Origin: an uncultured delta proteobacterium
GTDB taxonomy: Bacteria; Desulfobacterota; Binatia; UBA9968
DNA length: 64,000 nt
Assembly (NCBI GenBank): GCA_963745035.1
Contig: CAVUVW010000013.1
Span: 1,664,001 to 1,728,000 of the forward strand
Reading direction: 5' to 3'
The first letter of the stretch is position 1. Each line of letters starts with the position of its first letter. Below the pieces are notes generated by a model. That model saw nothing but the letters and a program-made list of their open reading frames with translations, was not told the DNA's origin and made no database searches. Below, one piece after another: positions 9,581 through 19,287 of this stretch. A program made the position numbers and the translations under genes.

Positions 9581-9905
9581 CGCATTACTCCTTGTTGCTT
9601 CGCGTCACAAAGCCGCTTCGGGATCGGCGGCAAATTCGATACTGAAAACGGCGCGCGCCGATGCCCGCTCGCGACGAACTTGAACCCCCCATCTCACAAC
9701 TTCGTGGTACGGTCAATAAACGTCGCATAAATTCCGCCGAGCCAATTGGCATCCAATACCGATCAACATCGGCCAGCGCACCTCAGCGAGTGTTCGCTCG
9801 GCCGGGACCGCCGGGTGGGCCGCACGTTAATCCCGCAAGGATTAAAAATCTCGCCGGCGCCGCGCGTTTGCGTGAGATCGATAAAACGAGCGATCCCTTC
9901 GATCT

Positions 9906-10655
9906 TCAGAACATATAGCTGCCACAGTTGATGTCGTAGGACTGCCCGGTGACGTAAGCCGCCGCGTCGCTGGCGAGAAAGAGAATCGGGCCGGCGATGT
10001 CTTCGGGCTCGAGGATGCGCGGCAAGGGAGTTGAACGCAACCGCGCCATGACGTCTTCCTCCGAGCGGTGCTGGCGCGGCATCGAGGTATTGGCCGACCC
10101 TGGACAGATGGCGTTTACGGTGATCCCATCGGGTCCGACCTCGCGGGCAAGCGCCTTGACGAATCCCATGACGGCGGCCTTGGAAGCCGCGTAATGGGCG
10201 AATTGCCGCATGCCGTAATGGCCGATGCCCGAAGCGAGGCTGATGATCCGGCCGCTCTTTTGCGCGCGCATCGCCGGCACAAACTCGCGGCAGCAGAGAA
10301 AATTGCTGCCGACGTTGATGTCGATCGTGCGGTCCCAATCTTCTTCGGAGAGATCGACGACGGATGCCTTTGGATAGTAAATGCCGGCGACGTTGACGAG
10401 AATATCGGCGCGGCCGAAGCGTTCGAACGCGCTCGTCGCCATGCGTTTCACCGACGACTCGTCGGCGACGTTGACGTCGACCGCCGCTGCTTGCGCTCCG
10501 AGGGCGCGCAGCTCGTTGGCGACCGACTGGGCTTTCTCCGCCTGCAAGTCGGCGACGACAACCTTGGCGCCTTCGCGCGCCATGCCGAAAGCCACCGCGC
10601 GGCCGATGCCCTGCGCGCCGCCGGTCACCACAGCAACTTTGTCTTTGAGTCTCAT
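9906..10655 (-). CDS. SDR family oxidoreductase
   Basis: TGGAQGIG, NVAG and YAASK motifs; ATG 10655 overlaps the upstream stop. Confidence 0.92.
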   Translation of the reverse strand: MRLKDKVAVVTGGAQGIGRAVAFGMAREGAKVVVADLQAEKAQSVANELRALGAQAAAVDVNVADESSVKRMATSAFERFGRADILVNVAGIYYPKASVVDLSEEDWDRTIDINVGSNFLCCREFVPAMRAQKSGRIISLASGIGHYGMRQFAHYAASKAAVMGFVKALAREVGPDGITVNAICPGSANTSMPRQHRSEEDVMARLRSTPLPRILEPEDIAGPILFLASDAAAYVTGQSYDINCGSYMF

Positions 10656-11395
10656 GGCATCACCACCCCGCCGTTGACGTGAAATGTTTGCCCGGTGATC
10701 GCCGCGCTCTCGGGCGTCGTCAAAAAATAATACATTTCCGCGAGGTCCTGGGGCACGGCCGTGCGCCCGAGTGGAATATTGGGCCACCAGCGCTGCCTGC
10801 GCGCCTCGGCGGATTCCTTTTCCATCACCCGCGGCGTATCCGTCGGCCCCGGCGCCACCGTGTTGGCGAGCACCCCGTCGGGCGCCAGCTCCAGCGCCAG
10901 CGATTTGGTGAAGGTGATGATGCCGGCCTTCGCCGCAGCGTAGGGCGTTCGCAGCGCAGAGCCCGTAACGCCGTAATTGGACGCCGTGTTGATGATGCGC
11001 CCGCCCTTCTGACGCTGCATCATCGGCGCGACTTCCCGGCACATGAGAAACGTTCCTTTCAAATTGGCGTCCATGACTTCTTTCCACTCCAGCCACGTCA
11101 ATTCCTCGATCCGTTTCGTGTACGCGCTCCCGCCGGCGATGTTGGCGAGGATGTCGATGCGGCCGAAGCGCTGCTCCACTTCCATTACGGCCGCTTTCAC
11201 TTCGCGCGCCGCGGTCACGTCGAGCGCCAGCGCTTCGGCTTGCCCGCCGGCTTTGGCGATTCCATCCTTGACTCGTTCAGCAGCGGCGCCGTCGTAATCG
11301 GCGATGACGACCGTAATGCCCGCGCCCGCCATTCGCCCGGCGACTGCTCCACCGATCCCGCCGCCGCCTCCGGTGATCAACGCGACTTGATTCAA
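10652..11395 (-). CDS. SDR family oxidoreductase
   Basis: TGGGGGIG, NIAG and YAAAK motifs. Confidence 0.92.
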   Translation of the reverse strand: MNQVALITGGGGGIGGAVAGRMAGAGITVVIADYDGAAAERVKDGIAKAGGQAEALALDVTAAREVKAAVMEVEQRFGRIDILANIAGGSAYTKRIEELTWLEWKEVMDANLKGTFLMCREVAPMMQRQKGGRIINTASNYGVTGSALRTPYAAAKAGIITFTKSLALELAPDGVLANTVAPGPTDTPRVMEKESAEARRQRWWPNIPLGRTAVPQDLAEMYYFLTTPESAAITGQTFHVNGGVVMP

Positions 11396-11552
11396 GTTCC
11401 TGCTCCTTTCAGCTCCGGCGAATCGTCGCCTTCAATTTTTCTGCCATCCGAAAAAAAATCGCAACCTTCGTGCGCTTCGTGCCTCCTTCAAAAATTGCGG
11501 ATCGCTGATCGATAGCATCAGGGCTCCGATACGACACGTAAACGCGCCTTTC

Positions 11553-11581
11553 CGTCATACCCGCGAAAGCGGGTATCCAGG
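11553..11581. repeat. REP-like palindrome
   Basis: cgtcatacccgc-gaaa-gcgggtatccagg. Confidence 0.6.
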
Positions 11582-11697
11582 CTAATTGACGAATCGGAGG
11601 AAAACGTGCCCGAGGGAAACCTCTCCATTTTTCATTCTCCGTGGGCGAGCGTAAGCTCGTGATCGTTCTTCTTCTTGGTGCGGCTACTCGCGCGATG

Positions 11698-13071
11698 TCA
11701 TAACTCGACGAACCGTGCCGGATCGTAGGGCGATCTTTGCGCGTCCTCTATTTTTTTCAACCCCTTTATTTCTTCGCGGTGCGCGCAAGCATAAAGAACC
11801 GCCTCGGCGGCGTCGTCGAGGTGCCCGCGCAGGTACTTGCGCGCCGGCACGGCAAGCCGCAGTAGTTGCGCGCCTTTGGCCGCCTGGCTTGGCGCCGGCG
11901 GCGGCCCTTTGGTCACTCGAACGCCGGAGATCTGATAAAGAAACGCCGCCAAAGCTTCAGCGGGAAATTTTTCCGGCGGAAGATCCGGCAGAAATTTCTC
12001 TAGATCGATGAACACGGCATGGCCGCCGGCCGGATGGATCAACGGCGCGCCGTCCTTGAGCCGGCGCCACAAATAGTCCACGTCGGCCACACGATGTTTG
12101 ATGTAAGACTCGGCGAAAAATATCTCGTCAAGCGCGACGGCCAAAAGCTCCATGGCGCCGCCGCCGAGCTGCGCGCCGTCGACAAAGCTCTGCATCAGCG
12201 CCTTTCGATAGGCCGCTTCATCCCGCGTCAGGATCAACCCGCCCGATGAGACCAGGAAATCTTTGAGCGCGCTCAACGTGCAGCCGTTCGCCTGGGCGCA
12301 AGTTTCGTGGACGATCTCCAGAATCGTGCGCCGCTGGTAGCCGGGTTCGCGCTCTTGGATGAAGTGGCTGTTCTCCAGAATACGGCAGGCGTCGAGAAAC
12401 AGCGGAATCCTGTGCGCTTCGGCCAGCTCTCGAACCGCTTTGAGATTGCCCAGCGAAACCGGCTGGCCGCCGCAGGCATTGAGCGCAAGCTCGACGTAGA
12501 TGCAAGCGATCGTCTCGGCGCCGCGCGCGCCGATCACGCTTTCGAGCCGGGCGATGTCGACATTGCCCTTGAACGGTTCCGGCGAGGTGAGATCGTGCGC
12601 GGCATCGCCGACCACGTCGATCAGCGTCGCGCCGTTCATTTCGATATGGCTGCGGGTCGACGGAAACAGCATGTTGCCGGCGACCACTGTGCCGGGCTTG
12701 ACGTGGATTTTTGTCCAGATGCGCTCGGCGGCGCGCCCCTGCGTCGTCGGCACGACAAACGGAAAACCAAAAATGCGTTTGACTTCTCCCGCGAGGCGCG
12801 CGAATGAACGGCTTCCTTCCACCGCCAATCCCATCCCGGGCTCAACGCCGCTCGCGCCGACGAGCGCCGCGAGCTGGTCGGTGCTGAGCGCGCTGACGCC
12901 GCTGTCGGTGCAAAGATCCACATAGATCATATCCTGCGGGATCAGCTCCGTGTTGTAGTGCGCCGCGCGCAGCGCATCCTGCCGCTCGGCGAAGCTCGTC
13001 TGACGCAGCGGCCGCACCGCGGCGATCTCGAATGGCACGGAAAAAGTCATGCCGGGTGAACGGGTCTGCAT
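11698..13071 (-). CDS. Tryptophanase/tyrosine phenol-lyase family PLP enzyme (divergent)
   Basis: DLCTDSG, TQGRAAE, FKGNVD, GGQPVS, SALKD (PLP Lys) and GGHAVFID motifs. Confidence 0.85.
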   Translation of the reverse strand: MQTRSPGMTFSVPFEIAAVRPLRQTSFAERQDALRAAHYNTELIPQDMIYVDLCTDSGVSALSTDQLAALVGASGVEPGMGLAVEGSRSFARLAGEVKRIFGFPFVVPTTQGRAAERIWTKIHVKPGTVVAGNMLFPSTRSHIEMNGATLIDVVGDAAHDLTSPEPFKGNVDIARLESVIGARGAETIACIYVELALNACGGQPVSLGNLKAVRELAEAHRIPLFLDACRILENSHFIQEREPGYQRRTILEIVHETCAQANGCTLSALKDFLVSSGGLILTRDEAAYRKALMQSFVDGAQLGGGAMELLAVALDEIFFAESYIKHRVADVDYLWRRLKDGAPLIHPAGGHAVFIDLEKFLPDLPPEKFPAEALAAFLYQISGVRVTKGPPPAPSQAAKGAQLLRLAVPARKYLRGHLDDAAEAVLYACAHREEIKGLKKIEDAQRSPYDPARFVEL

Positions 13072-13132
13072 TCCGAAGCGCTCTCGGTCAAAGCAAGCCG
13101 GAGCTGGCGCGAATCAGCACACGAAAAGCAAG

Positions 13133-13945
13133 CTAGGAATTGCCCTGTGCCGCCGGCGGCCGCCGCTGTCCCTGGCGTGATCGCAGCGTCGACAGCGCTC
13201 GATGCACCATTTTTCTCTCGGTGGCGAACTTGAGCTGCTTGATCGCCTGTTCGATTGGAAACCAGCGCACGTCGTCGGCTTCATGGTCATGGTCGCGCAC
13301 GTCGCCTTTGAGATAGCGCAAGAGAAAAAAATGCACGCGCTTGTGGATGCGCGCCATTTCGCCCTCCTTGGTCTTGTCCCGGTAGGAATAGCGGATATCG
13401 CCGAGCTTGCGAATCAGCTTCCCTTCGAGCCCGGTCTCCTCGCGGACCTCGCGCAGCGCCGCTTCCTCGTCCCGCTCGCCGGCCTCGACATGCCCTTTGG
13501 GCAGGCCCCAGCGATTGCGCGCGTAGATGAGCGCGACTTCGAAATCGTCGCTGTTCCGGCGATAGATCACCCCGCCGGCGGAGATTTCCGTAACCGTGCG
13601 GACATTTTCATCCGCCGGCCGCGCTTCCCCCGCCACCTGGTCGCGCAGCCAGCCCAAGTAGGCCGCGCTGCCGGCGACGATCGGCAGCGCGATGATCTCG
13701 GGGACCGAATAGCTGTGCAGCTCACGCACTCTTTTCTCTACGGCGCTGAATAGTTCTTTGCGTGTCTTGATGATGAGCAGCTCTTCATCGGCCTGCTCGA
13801 CCTGGCCCTGCCACCGGTAGACCGATCGCACCGACTTGATGCGATTGACGCAGGCCGCGAGTTTCTCGCCGACCAAGGTCTGCGCCACTTGCTCGGCTTC
13901 CTCCGCCGACCCCGTAGTCACATAAATGACGATAAAACTCTCCAT
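13133..13945 (-). CDS. CutA-Nudix hydrolase fusion protein
   Basis: N-half has LAACVN..SVYRWQG..HSYSVPEII (CutA); C-half has Nudix box GHVEAGERDEEAALREVREETG. Confidence 0.85.
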   Translation of the reverse strand: MESFIVIYVTTGSAEEAEQVAQTLVGEKLAACVNRIKSVRSVYRWQGQVEQADEELLIIKTRKELFSAVEKRVRELHSYSVPEIIALPIVAGSAAYLGWLRDQVAGEARPADENVRTVTEISAGGVIYRRNSDDFEVALIYARNRWGLPKGHVEAGERDEEAALREVREETGLEGKLIRKLGDIRYSYRDKTKEGEMARIHKRVHFFLLRYLKGDVRDHDHEADDVRWFPIEQAIKQLKFATERKMVHRALSTLRSRQGQRRPPAAQGNS

Positions 13946-14100
13946 AGCATCGATCTTACAACCGGCCTTCCGGAACAGTCAATAAAGTGGCGCAGAAGGC
14001 GTGGGCTTGAGGCGAAAGGCGTGAGTACGGATGAGATGTATTGACGTGAAGCCGACACGACGATTTGCCCCTGCGCCGCGATATGGATACTTTGAACTCG

Positions 14101-14808
14101 ATGTCCACTAAGGATCAAATCCGTGAGCAGACGTGGCAAATTCTGAAAGAGAAGCGCGTCGCCCGTTTCCCTGGAGCCGAAGGAAGAATTCCCAATTTCC
14201 TCGGCGCCGAAGCTTGCGCCAAGGTGTTAGCCGAAACTCCTTACTGGAAGGCGGCGCGCGTCCTCAAGGTCAACCCCGATTCACCGCAGCGGGCGATTCG
14301 CCAGCGCGCGCTCGCCGACGGCAAGGTCATCTACATGGCGGTGCCCCGTCTGCGCAGCGAGAAGCCGTTCATCGAGCTCGATCCCAAGAGGCTCAAGTGC
14401 TCGCCATACGCCGCTTCTTCGATCAAAGGCGCGGGACAGCACGGCCGCCCGGTGGCGCTCCAGGAAGTGCGAAAAATTGATCTGGTGGTGTGCGGTTCGG
14501 TCGCCGTCAACCGCCAAGGCGCGCGGGTCGGCAAAGGCGGCGGTTACTCCGACCTGGAGTTCGCCCTACTCACCCAAGAAAAGAAAATCGGCGCCAAGAC
14601 GCCGATCGTCACATCGGTCCACGCGTTGCAACTGATCGACCAAGAGATCCCGATGACCGAGCACGACATCCCGCTCAGCGCAATTGTGACACCGGCGGAA
14701 ACCATCGAAGTCAAAGCGCGATTTCCCCGACCGAAGGGAATTTACTGGAACATGCTGCCCCAGGAAAAAATCGACGCGATTCCGGTGCTCCAACTGCCTC
14801 GCCATTGA
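14101..14808 (+). CDS. 5-formyltetrahydrofolate cyclo-ligase family protein (MTHFSD-like)
   Basis: GRIPNF, KVNPDSPQ, GSVAV and RVGKGGGYSDLE motifs. Confidence 0.88.
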   Translation: MSTKDQIREQTWQILKEKRVARFPGAEGRIPNFLGAEACAKVLAETPYWKAARVLKVNPDSPQRAIRQRALADGKVIYMAVPRLRSEKPFIELDPKRLKCSPYAASSIKGAGQHGRPVALQEVRKIDLVVCGSVAVNRQGARVGKGGGYSDLEFALLTQEKKIGAKTPIVTSVHALQLIDQEIPMTEHDIPLSAIVTPAETIEVKARFPRPKGIYWNMLPQEKIDAIPVLQLPRH

Positions 14809-14877
14809 GCGCCAGCGCGACAACCGTTGAAGCCCCTTTTTATCTATGTTAGCTAAACGTTTCCGAGGAAAATTCGT

Positions 14878-15261
14878 ATGGCGGTGGAGAAAATCGACTT
14901 TGCCAAAGGTAACGGCTTGGTGCCGGTGATCGTGCAGGACTATCAAACGCGCGACGTGTTGATGGTCGCCTACATGAACGAGGAGGCGTGGGAAAAAACC
15001 AAGGAAACCGGCAAAGCGCATTACTACAGCCGCTCGCGCAAAGGCCCTTGGTTCAAGGGCGAGGAGTCCGGCCATTTTCAGGAAGTGAAAGACGCGTTCA
15101 TCGACTGCGACAACGACACCATTCTACTCCAAGTCAATCAGATCGGCGGCGCGGCCTGTCACGAAGGCTACCGCAGTTGTTTTTTCCGCCAGCGCGACGA
15201 CGGCGACTGGAAACTCGTCGCCGAGCGAGTTTTCGATCCAAAAGAGGTTTACAAAAAGTGA
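14878..15261 (+). CDS. hisI: Phosphoribosyl-AMP cyclohydrolase
   Basis: YSRSR, KGEESGH, DCDND and [10 protein letters not shown] motifs. Confidence 0.95.
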   Translation: MAVEKIDFAKGNGLVPVIVQDYQTRDVLMVAYMNEEAWEKTKETGKAHYYSRSRKGPWFKGEESGHFQEVKDAFIDCDNDTILLQVNQIGGAACHEGYRSCFFRQRDDGDWKLVAERVFDPKEVYKK

Positions 15262-16148
15262 GCGAGTTGAAGCTGGGCATCCCGAAGGGAAGCCTCGAGG
15301 AAATGACCATCGAGCTCTTCAAGCGATCGGGATGGAAGATTTCCACCACGAGCCGGAGCTACTTTCCCTCCATCGATGACGACTCGATTCGCTGCAGCAT
15401 GGCGCGCCCGCAGGAAATGTCGCGCTACGTGGAGATGGGCACGTTGGACGTCGCCATCACGGGCAAAGACTGGACGTTGGAAAACGCTTCGGATGTTCTG
15501 GTGGTGTGCGAGATGGTGTACTCCAAAACCAGTTTTCGCCCGACCCGCTGGGTTGTGGCGGTCCCCCAGGACTCGCCCATCAAGAAAATCGACGACCTCA
15601 AAGGCAAGCGCATCTCTTCCGAGATGGTCAATTTCACCAAACGCTACTTCGCCGAGCGGAACATTCCGGTGACCGTGGAATTCTCCTGGGGCGCCACCGA
15701 GGCCAAGGCCGCCGAGGGACTGGTCGATGCGATCGTGGAAGTCACCGAAACCGGGAGCACGATCCGCGCCCACGGCCTAAAAATCATCCACGAGCTGATG
15801 GAATCCTGCCCGCAGCTCATCGCCAACAAGCAAGCCTGGCAGGATCCCTGGAAAAAAGAGAAGATCGAGCAGATCAAACTATTGCTGCTGGGAGCGCTTT
15901 CCGCCGAGAACAAAGTCGGCATCAAGCTCAACGTCTCGGAAACTAATCTAGAGAAGGTCGTCGAGCTGATTCCGAGCATCACCGCGCCGACGGTGGCGAC
16001 GCTTCATCCCTCGCCCAATCTCAAGGGCGTGAAGTGGTATTCCGTCGAAAGCGTGCTCGAAGAAGCAAAGGTGCGCGATCTGATTCCCAAGCTGATTCAG
16101 AACGGCGCGGTCGGAATTATCGAGTATCCGCTGAACAAGATCATCTAA
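15258..16148 (+). CDS. hisG: ATP phosphoribosyltransferase (long form)
   Basis: [18 protein letters not shown] and [12 protein letters not shown] motifs; GTG start overlaps the hisI stop. Confidence 0.95.
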   Translation: MSELKLGIPKGSLEEMTIELFKRSGWKISTTSRSYFPSIDDDSIRCSMARPQEMSRYVEMGTLDVAITGKDWTLENASDVLVVCEMVYSKTSFRPTRWVVAVPQDSPIKKIDDLKGKRISSEMVNFTKRYFAERNIPVTVEFSWGATEAKAAEGLVDAIVEVTETGSTIRAHGLKIIHELMESCPQLIANKQAWQDPWKKEKIEQIKLLLLGALSAENKVGIKLNVSETNLEKVVELIPSITAPTVATLHPSPNLKGVKWYSVESVLEEAKVRDLIPKLIQNGAVGIIEYPLNKII

Positions 16149-16149
16149 A

Positions 16150-16224
16150 AGGCAACAGGCGTGAGGCGCGAGGCAACAGTGAATCGCGTTGTTACTGTTG
16201 CCCGTTACCGGTTGCCGGTTGCCC
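16150..16224. repeat. Inverted heptamer array (GGCAACA type)
   Basis: ggcaaca ggcgtga ggcgcga ggcaaca ... tgttgcc cgttacc ggttgcc ggttgcc, between convergent genes. Confidence 0.75.
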
Positions 16225-17571
16225 TTCTTGGCGTCCGTTCCGGTGTAGAAAATAATCCTTGGCGATTTCCGGAAAGAGCGCAAAGCTCAGCACATCCTCT
16301 TCGTTCTGAGCGAGGCCGCCGGCGTCTTTGCGCGCCTGATCGAGGCCCGGCTTCAGCAGATCGGCCGGCCGGCAGCTGATCGGTTCCTTTTTTCCAAGTA
16401 CCTTGCTTTTCATTTCTTCGCTGATTTGCCCCGGCGGCTCGCCGTAAAGACCCATGACGTAGTTGCGCGTTTCCATCGCCACGACGGAATAGCGCTTGCC
16501 GGTCATCACGTTGAGCGCCGCCTGAGAGCCGACGATCTGGCTGGTCGGGGTCACCAGCGGCGGATATCCGAGATCCTTGCGCACCTGGGGCATTTCCGCG
16601 AGCACCGCGTCGAGCTTGTCCTCGGCCTTCTGCTGGCGTAGTTGCGCGACGAGGTTCGACAGCATGCCGCCGGGAATCTGTGAGATCAGCACGTCGGTTT
16701 TGATCTGATTGTTGACCGGGCTCTCGAACTCCGCGTAGTTCTTGCGCACGCCATAAAAATAGTCCGCGATCTTGCCCAGCTTGGTGAGATCGAGCCCCGT
16801 ATCGTAGGGCGTATCCTTGAGCGCCGCGACCACTTGCTCGGTCGCCGGTTGCGAGCTGCCCTGGGAGAACGGCGCGCTGGCCGTATCGAGAATGTCGGCA
16901 CCGGCTTCGATCGCCATCAGGTAGTTCATCGGCGAAAGTCCCGCGGTGCAGTGTGAATGAAGATGAAGCGGCAGGGAAATGCGCGATTTGATTTTCTTGA
17001 TGATCTCGTATGCGGCATAGGGCGCCAGCATGCCGGCCATGTCCTTCAGGCAAATGACTTGCACGCCCATGCCCGCAAGTTTCTCGGCGACGCCAAGAAA
17101 ATAATCCGTCGAATGAACCGGGCTGATCGTGTAGCACACCGTTCCCTCGACCAGCTTACCGGCCTTGAGCGCCGCTTCGATGGCGGTTTTCATGTTGCGG
17201 ATGTCGTTCATGGCATCGAAGATGCGGAACACGTCGATGCCGTTGGACGCCGCGCGCGCCACGAACGCCTGTACGATATCGTCCGGGTAGTTGCGATAGC
17301 CGACCACGTTCTGGCCGCGCAAGAGCATTTGAAAGCGCGTTTTGGGCATCGCCGCGCGCAGCTTGCGCAAGCGCTCCCACGGGTCCTCTTTGAGAAATCG
17401 TAGGCTCGCATCGAAGGTCGCCCCACCCCAGGTTTCCAGCGACCAATAGCCGATATCGTCGAGCTGAGCGGCGATCGGCAGCATGTCCTCGGTGCGCATG
17501 CGCGTCGCCACCAGGCACTGGTGCGCGTCGCGCAATACCGTTTCCATGATCTCTATTTTTCTCCCGGCCAT
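16192..17571 (-). CDS. Carboxyltransferase subunit (pyruvate carboxylase B/oxaloacetate decarboxylase alpha family) without biotinyl domain
   Basis: RDAHQ, WGGATFD, QMLLRGQN, KDMAG, HLHSH and LVTPTSQIVG motifs. Confidence 0.9.
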   Translation of the reverse strand: MAGRKIEIMETVLRDAHQCLVATRMRTEDMLPIAAQLDDIGYWSLETWGGATFDASLRFLKEDPWERLRKLRAAMPKTRFQMLLRGQNVVGYRNYPDDIVQAFVARAASNGIDVFRIFDAMNDIRNMKTAIEAALKAGKLVEGTVCYTISPVHSTDYFLGVAEKLAGMGVQVICLKDMAGMLAPYAAYEIIKKIKSRISLPLHLHSHCTAGLSPMNYLMAIEAGADILDTASAPFSQGSSQPATEQVVAALKDTPYDTGLDLTKLGKIADYFYGVRKNYAEFESPVNNQIKTDVLISQIPGGMLSNLVAQLRQQKAEDKLDAVLAEMPQVRKDLGYPPLVTPTSQIVGSQAALNVMTGKRYSVVAMETRNYVMGLYGEPPGQISEEMKSKVLGKKEPISCRPADLLKPGLDQARKDAGGLAQNEEDVLSFALFPEIAKDYFLHRNGRQEGQPATGNGQQ

Positions 17572-17594
17572 GCGCCCTGCCTCCCCCTAGTCCG

Positions 17595-18140
17595 TTACTC
17601 GTAAAGCTCGCCTTGTTTGTCTTCCAACCGGGCTTTTTCCTCGGGACCGACCACGTAAACCCCATCGACCTGTTTTATCTTGGTGATGTCGTAAAAATAC
17701 TCGGAGATCTCCAGACCATCGTCGAACTCGTACATCTTGATCGCGTCCCATGGGCAGATTTTCTTGTCCAAGCGGTCCTCGGATTCGGTGCCGATCAGTT
17801 GGAGCTGGATGCGCTTGGGCACCGCGTCGGGCGGCACGGGTTTTTTATTGCTGTCGAAAAAACGGTTGTTGTACTCGTAAAAAATCTCCCCGGTCTCTTT
17901 GTGCTGCTGGATCTTGGTGAGATCGTCGCTGTAGCACATCTGGCAGCCAATGCACTTGTCGTTGTCAACGAATACACGATACGGTTTGAGTCCGCCCTGG
18001 GGCAGCTCTTCGTAGAGCAAATTGATGCAGCCGTCCACCGGACAGTGCACTTCGCACAGCGGCGAGCCGGCGCAGCTCGAGCAGTTCTCGTTCATCACGG
18101 CCAGCAGGGCCGTGCCTTTGCGCTTTTTCGCTTCAGCCAT
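17595..18140 (-). CDS. Atypical 2[4Fe-4S] ferredoxin-like protein
   Basis: CSSC-x5-CEVHCP and CIGCQMC-x59-CPWDAI. Confidence 0.75.
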   Translation of the reverse strand: MAEAKKRKGTALLAVMNENCSSCAGSPLCEVHCPVDGCINLLYEELPQGGLKPYRVFVDNDKCIGCQMCYSDDLTKIQQHKETGEIFYEYNNRFFDSNKKPVPPDAVPKRIQLQLIGTESEDRLDKKICPWDAIKMYEFDDGLEISEYFYDITKIKQVDGVYVVGPEEKARLEDKQGELYE

Positions 18141-18957
18141 TCGCTTGCATCCTCGCTTTCTTAAACCGCGCCCGGAGCGCGAGCGCTATCGCCGCCGACA
18201 GCAAAATCCACCAATATCGAATGAGACCGATTCTGCCCCATTCCAGCCAGTAGACGAAATTGGGCGAGCGGGAATTGAGCTCGCCGAGCGCCCGCTGCGC
18301 TCCGGCGTAATCCCTCACTTCGCGCAGCGCCTGCGACAGACCGTAGAGCGCCCCGTCGTCGCGCGGATCGAGCTTGAGCGCCGCCTCGAAATCGGCCCGC
18401 GCCGCGCTCCATTTGCCCTGCTCGGCGAGAATCCAGCCGCGCGCGGTCATTGCCGCGGCGGAATTCGGTTTGAGCTCCAGCGCCTTGTTGAAATTGGCCA
18501 GCGCCGCGCCGAACTCGCCTTTGCGCTTATGCGCCACCGCCAGGTTGCTGTAGGCGTCGGGCAGCTCGGGGTGGAGCTCGATAATCTTTTTATATTCACC
18601 GATGGCGGCGTCAACGTCGCCGCGCACCTCCAATTCGATCCAAGCTAGGAAAGTTCTTGCGTCGATGTGTTTGGGGTCGAGCGCGATGGCCCGCTTGGCG
18701 GCCAGGATTGCGCCCTGCGGATCGCGCAAACGGAGCTTGGCCATTCCCAAAAACAGGTGCAGGTCCGCCTCGTTGGGGTACTCCTTGAGCAGCTCCTCAA
18801 AAATCGACTTTGCCTCGCCGGCCTTGCCTTGCGCCAACCCCTTGCGCGCTTGTTCCCATCGTTGATCGTTGGGCAATGAAGACTGGGTTTCTGCAGCGTT
18901 GGATAAACTAAGCCCGACGAGGAGGACGGCCGCGACGGCCAGCCACATCCTCATCAT
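18133..18957 (-). CDS. Exported TPR protein with C-terminal membrane anchor
   Basis: Signal peptide; repeated A(I/L)xLxP TPR turns; hydrophobic tail followed by basic residues. Confidence 0.82.
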   Translation of the reverse strand: MMRMWLAVAAVLLVGLSLSNAAETQSSLPNDQRWEQARKGLAQGKAGEAKSIFEELLKEYPNEADLHLFLGMAKLRLRDPQGAILAAKRAIALDPKHIDARTFLAWIELEVRGDVDAAIGEYKKIIELHPELPDAYSNLAVAHKRKGEFGAALANFNKALELKPNSAAAMTARGWILAEQGKWSAARADFEAALKLDPRDDGALYGLSQALREVRDYAGAQRALGELNSRSPNFVYWLEWGRIGLIRYWWILLSAAIALALRARFKKARMQANG

Positions 18958-18959
18958 TA

Positions 18960-19145
18960 CTATTTCCACATTTCATTGGAGATCTCGTCTTCTCTGCCTT
19001 CTTCAATCAGCTTGTCGTTTTTGAACGCTTGGCGCAGGCCCAGCCAGGAGAAGAAGATGACGAGAATCAGCATGCCGACAATCGGGATGTTATCGGGCTT
19101 GGTCACGATTTCGAGAAAATTTTGCCAACCGCTAGGCTCTTCCAT
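18960..19145 (-). CDS. Small single-TM membrane protein
   Basis: 61 aa with KPDNIPIVGMLILVIFFSWLG; abuts the TPR gene. Confidence 0.65.
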   Translation of the reverse strand: MEEPSGWQNFLEIVTKPDNIPIVGMLILVIFFSWLGLRQAFKNDKLIEEGREDEISNEMWK

Positions 19146-19287
19146 AAAAGTTAAGCACCCGTAAAATCAAGATAATTTAAAATTATTAAAAAGCCGTCCT
19201 AAAGTCAACGCAAGGTTCCTGCGACGATCGATGCTGGCCGATGGGGATCACGCACTGCGAAAAGCCACTTTCTATCCTCGGCCCTAA

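Noticed and set aside
9906-11096. 396-aa SDR with a long N-terminal extension
   Set aside because: The extension overlaps the upstream SDR in another frame; the real start is ATG 10655.
14988-15257. N-terminally extended HisG or a HisI-HisG fusion
   Set aside because: The extension is an off-frame overlap of hisI; HisG begins at GTG 15258.
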